Of a DNA stretch of 64,000 nucleotides, positions 39,060 to 64,000 are shown one piece after another (the stretch's first letter is position 1; every line of letters starts with the position of its first letter). The position numbers and the translations under genes are program-made. The DNA comes from Amoebidium appalachense. Its lineage: Eukaryota > Protista > Ichthyosporea. The stretch lies in assembly GCA_963693365.1 (NCBI GenBank), contig CAVNZM010000004.1, positions 3,246,389-3,310,388 of the forward strand, written 5' to 3'. Below the pieces are notes generated by a model, which was not told where the DNA came from, did not search any database, and saw nothing but the letters and a program-made list of their open reading frames with translations.

Positions 39060-39818
39060 TTAAATTATGTAAGTTCTGACAACTCCTGTGTTGTCTGGAG
39101 TGAAGGTAACTCGGTGAGGTCGACGTTCGACTTCTGAAAAATGTAGCCCACGATTGTCTTGTGTCGGTGGAGGGGGAGTGCCGTTTGCCAACGCTGCCAT
39201 TCGCACATTCCGAACTCTTTTCGGCCCCACTCTATAATACTTGGCGACGAACGCGTCAGCTTCCGTTTTCAGTGAATCCTTTCCCCTTCTTTCTGACGAT
39301 TTCAGCTGGTTGTCTTGCTCGAGAAGCTCTTCGTATCTGACAGACCACATGCTGCACATGTTGTTGTTGTCTTCTTGAGAAAGACCCCTTTTTTTCGGTA
39401 GTAAAAGCCGTTTTAGAGTGGCTTTCAGTTTCGAGAGTTTTTCGGAGTGCTCGTCTGGAGATTCTTGTTGGCGCCGTTGTTGCTGACTTCCGTTTTGAAC
39501 AGTGTCGTGTGTGCTTGAATTTTCAACGTTTGGTGCTGCTGCTTTTCTTTTCCCGTGCAAAAACTGTAACGAAGCGTCTTCTAAACTTATTCCGTTCTCC
39601 TCAATTATAAGGCCACGAGCACGCAGAGATTTGATGCTTTCTATTTTAGCCCTCTTCAGCTTGTCCTCTAATGTTTCCTCTCTCTTTCGCTTCCTTGCTC
39701 TTCTCTGCCGTTCATTTTTGAGTGCCCTCTTTCTGGACTTGGGGCTCAAGTTAGCGAACCTGTCACCATCACTGTCGGGGGCACTTGCGGAAGAACGCTC
39801 GGCTGTTTGCTCGGACAT
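39060..39818 (-). CDS. Intronless 252-aa basic ORF of unknown function, probably transposon-derived
   Basis: High-complexity uninterrupted ORF in an otherwise intron-dense genome. It has NLS-like basic tracts, lies beside LINE debris, and its 5' end is copied at about 42400-42505. Confidence 0.5.
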   Translation of the reverse strand: MSEQTAERSSASAPDSDGDRFANLSPKSRKRALKNERQRRARKRKREETLEDKLKRAKIESIKSLRARGLIIEENGISLEDASLQFLHGKRKAAAPNVENSSTHDTVQNGSQQQRRQQESPDEHSEKLSKLKATLKRLLLPKKRGLSQEDNNNMCSMWSVRYEELLEQDNQLKSSERRGKDSLKTEADAFVAKYYRVGPKRVRNVRMAALANGTPPPPTQDNRGLHFSEVERRPHRVTFTPDNTGVVRTYII

Positions 39819-40099
39819 AGTGGAAAGGAGACAGACTACAGCTGCAGGAAACCAAGTTTACAAGAGAAGGCTACATGCAAAGATTTCGCGCCCTTTCCAG
39901 ATAGTAATCCCTTTTTATAATGACTTTATTGATATGCTCAGCAAAATAGAAGCGTTCGAGATATCATCGATATCTCGGAGAAGAAAATACAAAAGCCCTC
40001 ACTCTCGGATATGGAGGAGATAACGACATAAATAATCATACACCCTAGAAAACTCGTTAAACATACGGTGGTTCAACAGATAGTCAATAGACGTAATAT

Positions 40100-40330
40100 T
40101 TTTTTTCTTTTGACTGGATTTATTCGACGGAAAGATATGCAAGTATGCACGGCATACTGAGAAGACAATAAAAACTTTTTCTTTTGACTGGATTTATTCG
40201 ACGGAAAGATATGCAAGTATGCACGGCATACTGAGAAGACAATAAAAACTTTTTTTTTTCTTTTGACGGGATTTATTCGACGCAAAGATATGACAAGTAT
40301 GCACGGCATACTGAGAAGACAATAAAAACT
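40100..40330. repeat. ~75-bp tandem repeats (about 3 units) forming the 3' tail of the LINE
   Basis: ttttgac.ggatttattcgacg.aaagatatg.aagtatgcacggcatactgagaagacaataaaaact repeated directly downstream of the ORF2 stop. Confidence 0.8.
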
Positions 40331-42360
40331 TCACGAGTTATCCAGTAACAAGTGCATACTGAGATACCTGAACACTGTGTGAAAATCATATAAATACTCA
40401 ATGTGACGACCAACAGAATTCAACAAAAAGTCTAAAGTGTTCACCTTGCCAGCTAGTGTAGCAGATACCCGGAGGGAAAGAGGTAAAACACGACATAAAA
40501 ATTCACACCTATCAACATGCTTGCGATTAAAAAGGTCAGCACAAAAGTGGCACCAGCGGCGATGAAAACAAGAATTACAGCGCCACTGCACAACTTCCCA
40601 GGCAATATCAACATCAGAGCACCATACAGACTTATCTACTAGGGTGGTATCCATACGTACAGCAGGAGAAATGTATCCTGCCAAAGCTCCCAAAAAGCGA
40701 TAATGATCAGTACGGTGTTGCCTAAGGAACATAACACATGCCGACTGAGTTTTACCTTTGATTTCTCTATCAGAACGAGAAAGAAACTTATACTGCGTAT
40801 GGTAATAACGCGAAAAGGCAGAAAAAACAGGAAGAGAAAAGAAAGAGGGAGTGAGATAGCGAGAGGAAGAATCAGGTGGAAAGAGGGTAGGCTGAGGACA
40901 TTCAAAAGTAGCGTTGGTGAATCGGGGGGGAAGAGGATAAAAACTTCACGAGTTATCCAGTAACAAGTGCATACTGAGATACCTGAACACTGTGTTTTCA
41001 CGAGTTATCCAGTAACAAGTGCATACTGAGATACCTGAACACTGTGTGAAAATCATATAAATACTCAATGTGACGACCAACAGAATTCAACAAAATGTCT
41101 AAAGTGTTCAAATTGCCAGCTAGTGTAGCAGACACCCGTAGGGAAAGAGGTAAAACGCGACATAAACACTCACACCTATCAACATGCTTGCGATTAAAAA
41201 TTTCAGCACAAAAGTGGCACCAGCGGCGATGAAAACAAGAATTACAGCGCCACTGCACAACTTCCCAGGCAATATCAACATCAGAGCACCATACAGACTT
41301 ATCTACTAGGGTGGTATCCATACGTACAGCAGGAGAAATGTATCCTGCCAAAGCTACCAAAAAGCAATAATGATCAGTACGGTGTTGCCTAAGGAACATA
41401 ACACATGCCGACTGAGTTTTACCTTTGATTTCTCTATCAGAACGAGAAAGAAACTTATACTGCGTATGGTAATAACGCGAAAAGGCAGAAAAAACAGGAA
41501 GAGAAAAGAAAGAGGGAGTGAGATAGCGAGAGGAAGAATCAGGTTGAAAGAGGGTAGGCTGAGGACATTCAGAAGTAGCGTTGGTGAATCGGGGGGGAAG
41601 AGGGAGGGAGGGAGGGGGGGGAAAGAAAGCATAAAGAGGGTGACCATCAGGTATCCTAACTAATTGAAAACAAAAACGAAGAGACAATTCCTCCATACGA
41701 CAAACAGCAGACGACAATCCAAACATACTGATTAAGGGAGGCACAAACCGAGTACGAAACAAAGTGCGCAGCGCAGTACCCTGAAAATCGTCGAACTCTT
41801 TCAGCGCCACGGCCGCCTCGCGAGGTGGGGCGCAGGCCAATAGCGGAAGTCCATATTAAAGTCGGCCGTAAAAAAGTTTTATAGTAGAGAAGAAGGTTCG
41901 CAGGATGGATCACAGACTCCCGTTGAAACATATTTGACACGATGTGAAGCTTACCCTTCGCACGAGCGATCCGTGCCGCGAGGAGCTTGCGGAAATCAAT
42001 ACCCCGTGCAGTAAAAAGAATACCCAAATAGTCATAGGTGCTCTGAACAGGAATAGGAAGACTGGCCAATCGAAAGGAAGCGTTTTTCGAAAAAGTAGCA
42101 CACTTTGCAATTCCGACTGTCATGAGATTCTCGGTGCACCGTTGATCCACCTGACGAAGCATCTGGTGCATGACATCTTCGGTTAAGGAACAAAGAACAA
42201 TATATCGTCCGCAAAAAGGAGACCCGGTACACGGCGGGTATGCAGTTGGCCAAAGGGTTCGAGGGCGCAGGCTAAATTGTCAATGAAAACGTCAAACAAC
42301 AACGGACTCAGGAGGGACCCCTGCAGAAGACCCCGAGAACGGGAAAAACCGGGTGTTAAT
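40331..42360 (-). mobile_element. Degenerate, 5'-truncated non-LTR retrotransposon (LINE) ORF2 with duplicated 3' end
   Basis: RT motifs GLLQGSLLSPLLFDVFID, LLFADD, YDYLGILF and YKTFLRPTL are spread over frameshifted ORFs. The Cys/His C-terminus (WCHFC..FNRKHVDRC) is present twice (about 40331-40935 and 40998-41600), with a third short copy of the extreme end at about 40940-40995. Confidence 0.9.
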
Positions 42361-43486
42361 GTTTCATTGCCTTGCTCTTGCAGCATATTCACGGTCGTAT
42401 GCTCTCTTTCTGGACTTGGGACTCAAGTTAGCGGAGCTGTCACCAGCACTGTCGGGAGCACTTGTGGAAGAACGCTTGGTTGTTTGCTCGGACATAGTGG
42501 AAAGGGTTTTTGGCCTCACGTGCAGAGAAAGACTACAGAAAAGCAAGCTCACGTGCACACGAGAATGAGAAGAAAAGGTAGGCAAACGTTGCATGATTTG
42601 GCGCCCATTCCAGATAAGTACCCGGGCCCGGTCTCGAAAACCTCGGGAATACCGTACAGTAGCACACTGATCATGATACAATTGTGCAGAACCCCCCCCC
42701 CCCTCTCCCCTCCCTGCAGCCCTCTCAAATTTCCCGACTCGGTCATCAGCGCTACGTGCTGGCAGTATACAGGCTTTTGCAGACGGATTTGTATCATGAC
42801 TTGCATTATGATATGTGGCCAAAAACACACACACACAATCAAAACGCTAAGTTGTCGACATAACATAGTTAAAGTTTAGTAGCTGTAGCAATGTGCTTGA
42901 AACTCCCATGCTGGCTTCATACACAACACACAAGGCTTGACAAGTTTGCTTCCTGCCAGCACGCACACCATGTATCTCCGAGTTGTGAAAAATGATCGAT
43001 TTCGATCGCAAAATTTATTACCAAGCTTTTGGTGTACATGGCATTCTTGCATTTCATAACACAGTATCATCAGCAACCATAACAAAAGGCCTTGAATTTC
43101 ACGTTAATAAACTACATAGCTGAACAAATAAAGAGAGTTTGCCATATATAGCCGTCGGCAATCATCAACCATGTACCTCTGTCAAGTAGAAGGCGTGTCT
43201 GTGTGACTGAGGTTGCCCCACTGCATGTGCTTGTTCTTGTGTATGGGTTTGTGCATGTGTTTGTGTGTGTGTGTGTGTGAGTGTGGTGTACTCGCTTTCA
43301 ATAGTTGCTCATTCCTTCACGACTCATTCGACCATACACATTGCTATCACCAAACCAAACCAAGCTGAAACAAAAAAAGACAAATCCAACCGTCCGAACC
43401 TACTAGCCAGTCACCAAGGACAAACTAAAACACATCCCTCACCACCCACCACACCATTCGTTTCTCTCAGCCACACATACTCGTAT

Positions 43487-63148
<19,662 letters not shown>

Positions 63149-63663
63149 TGCAGTGAAAAACATGTCAGAAAAAACCCACAAGATCACATCCCCTACATAT
63201 TATACATCATCAAGCACCTGGGCTACTAACACGCTACCAATAGGAGGGAACTAGTCAGCCGTAGCCTTGACCCCTCCCAGGCTTCTTTTTTTCTCCACGT
63301 TTCTACAATCTCGCTACTTTTCCCTTTCTTTTTTTCTTTTTTTGAATCCCAGACAGGTGCAGCAGGGAGGGTCTTGGGGGCCCAACACCAGGGCAAATCA
63401 AAGGGACCATTTTTAGACCCAAGCAGGATTTAGTGTGGGGGGAGTGCCAGCATACAAAGGGACATGCCAGTCCCATTCAACAAACACATGTGGTGGGAGG
63501 ATAATATACGAGCTAAAAAAAGGCCGGTGGTGAGGGCTGGGTTGTGCCCCCCCCCCCCCCCCCTCCCCCCTCCCCCTGGCCGCCCGAAAGAAAACAAAAG
63601 AAAGAAAGAAAAAGAGGGAAGATGGGAAGAAAGAAAGAAAGAAAGAAAGAAAGATGGAGGCGA

Positions 63664-63707
<44 letters not shown>

Positions 63708-63918
63708 AAGAAAAAAAGAAGAGAAAGGCCGGGGGGGGGGGGGGGGGGGGGGGGGGGATGTACGCATTAGAGGTTTGGAAATATGGAGGAGACAACAAAG
63801 AGCAACAACAAATCGTCAGAAAAGTGGGAAACCCAAAATCAAACAATTTAAGCGTGCCGGCAGAAGACACTTGAACAGAGCCCATCATCAGGGGGTTTCC
63901 TATGCTCCACAAATGCAT

Positions 63919-63949
<31 letters not shown>

Positions 63950-64000
63950 GGGGGGGGGCAAAAAACAAAAAGAGGAGGCAGGAGAGGAGGAGAAGAAAAG

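Noticed and set aside
39502-40023. 173-aa plus-strand ORF
   Set aside because: Antisense shadow of the 39060-39818 ORF with no recognisable motifs.
40100-40330. CRISPR-like array
   Set aside because: Units repeat in full with no unique spacers; eukaryotic context with no cas genes. Better explained as a LINE tail.

Overview
Eukaryotic, intron-rich genomic DNA with GT-AG introns packed with poly-C/poly-G runs and (CA)n/(GA)n microsatellites. Almost all ORF-track entries are low-complexity artefacts. An opisthokont origin, possibly a unicellular holozoan, is an inference from protein similarity only. Seven spliced genes could be rebuilt by hand: the 3' part of an R7-like RGS protein (+), a divergent YhhN/TMEM86-like membrane protein (+), a LYR-motif protein (-), a Rho GTPase (+), a J-domain/ankyrin/UBA/CCCH protein (-), a MORN-repeat protein (+) and most of RNA polymerase III subunit RPC2/POLR3B (-, 5' end outside the window). 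Mobile DNA includes a decayed non-LTR retrotransposon with a duplicated 3' end, a TTAA-flanked MITE and a CAC..GTG MITE. The most striking unexplained signal is a dispersed intronic repeat family: six clear copies in two diverged subfamilies, plus relics. All six lie sense to the host gene, and the differences between subfamilies preserve a multi-helix fold with G-U pairs and a possible pseudoknot. This suggests an undescribed structured intronic RNA or RNA-based mobile element.
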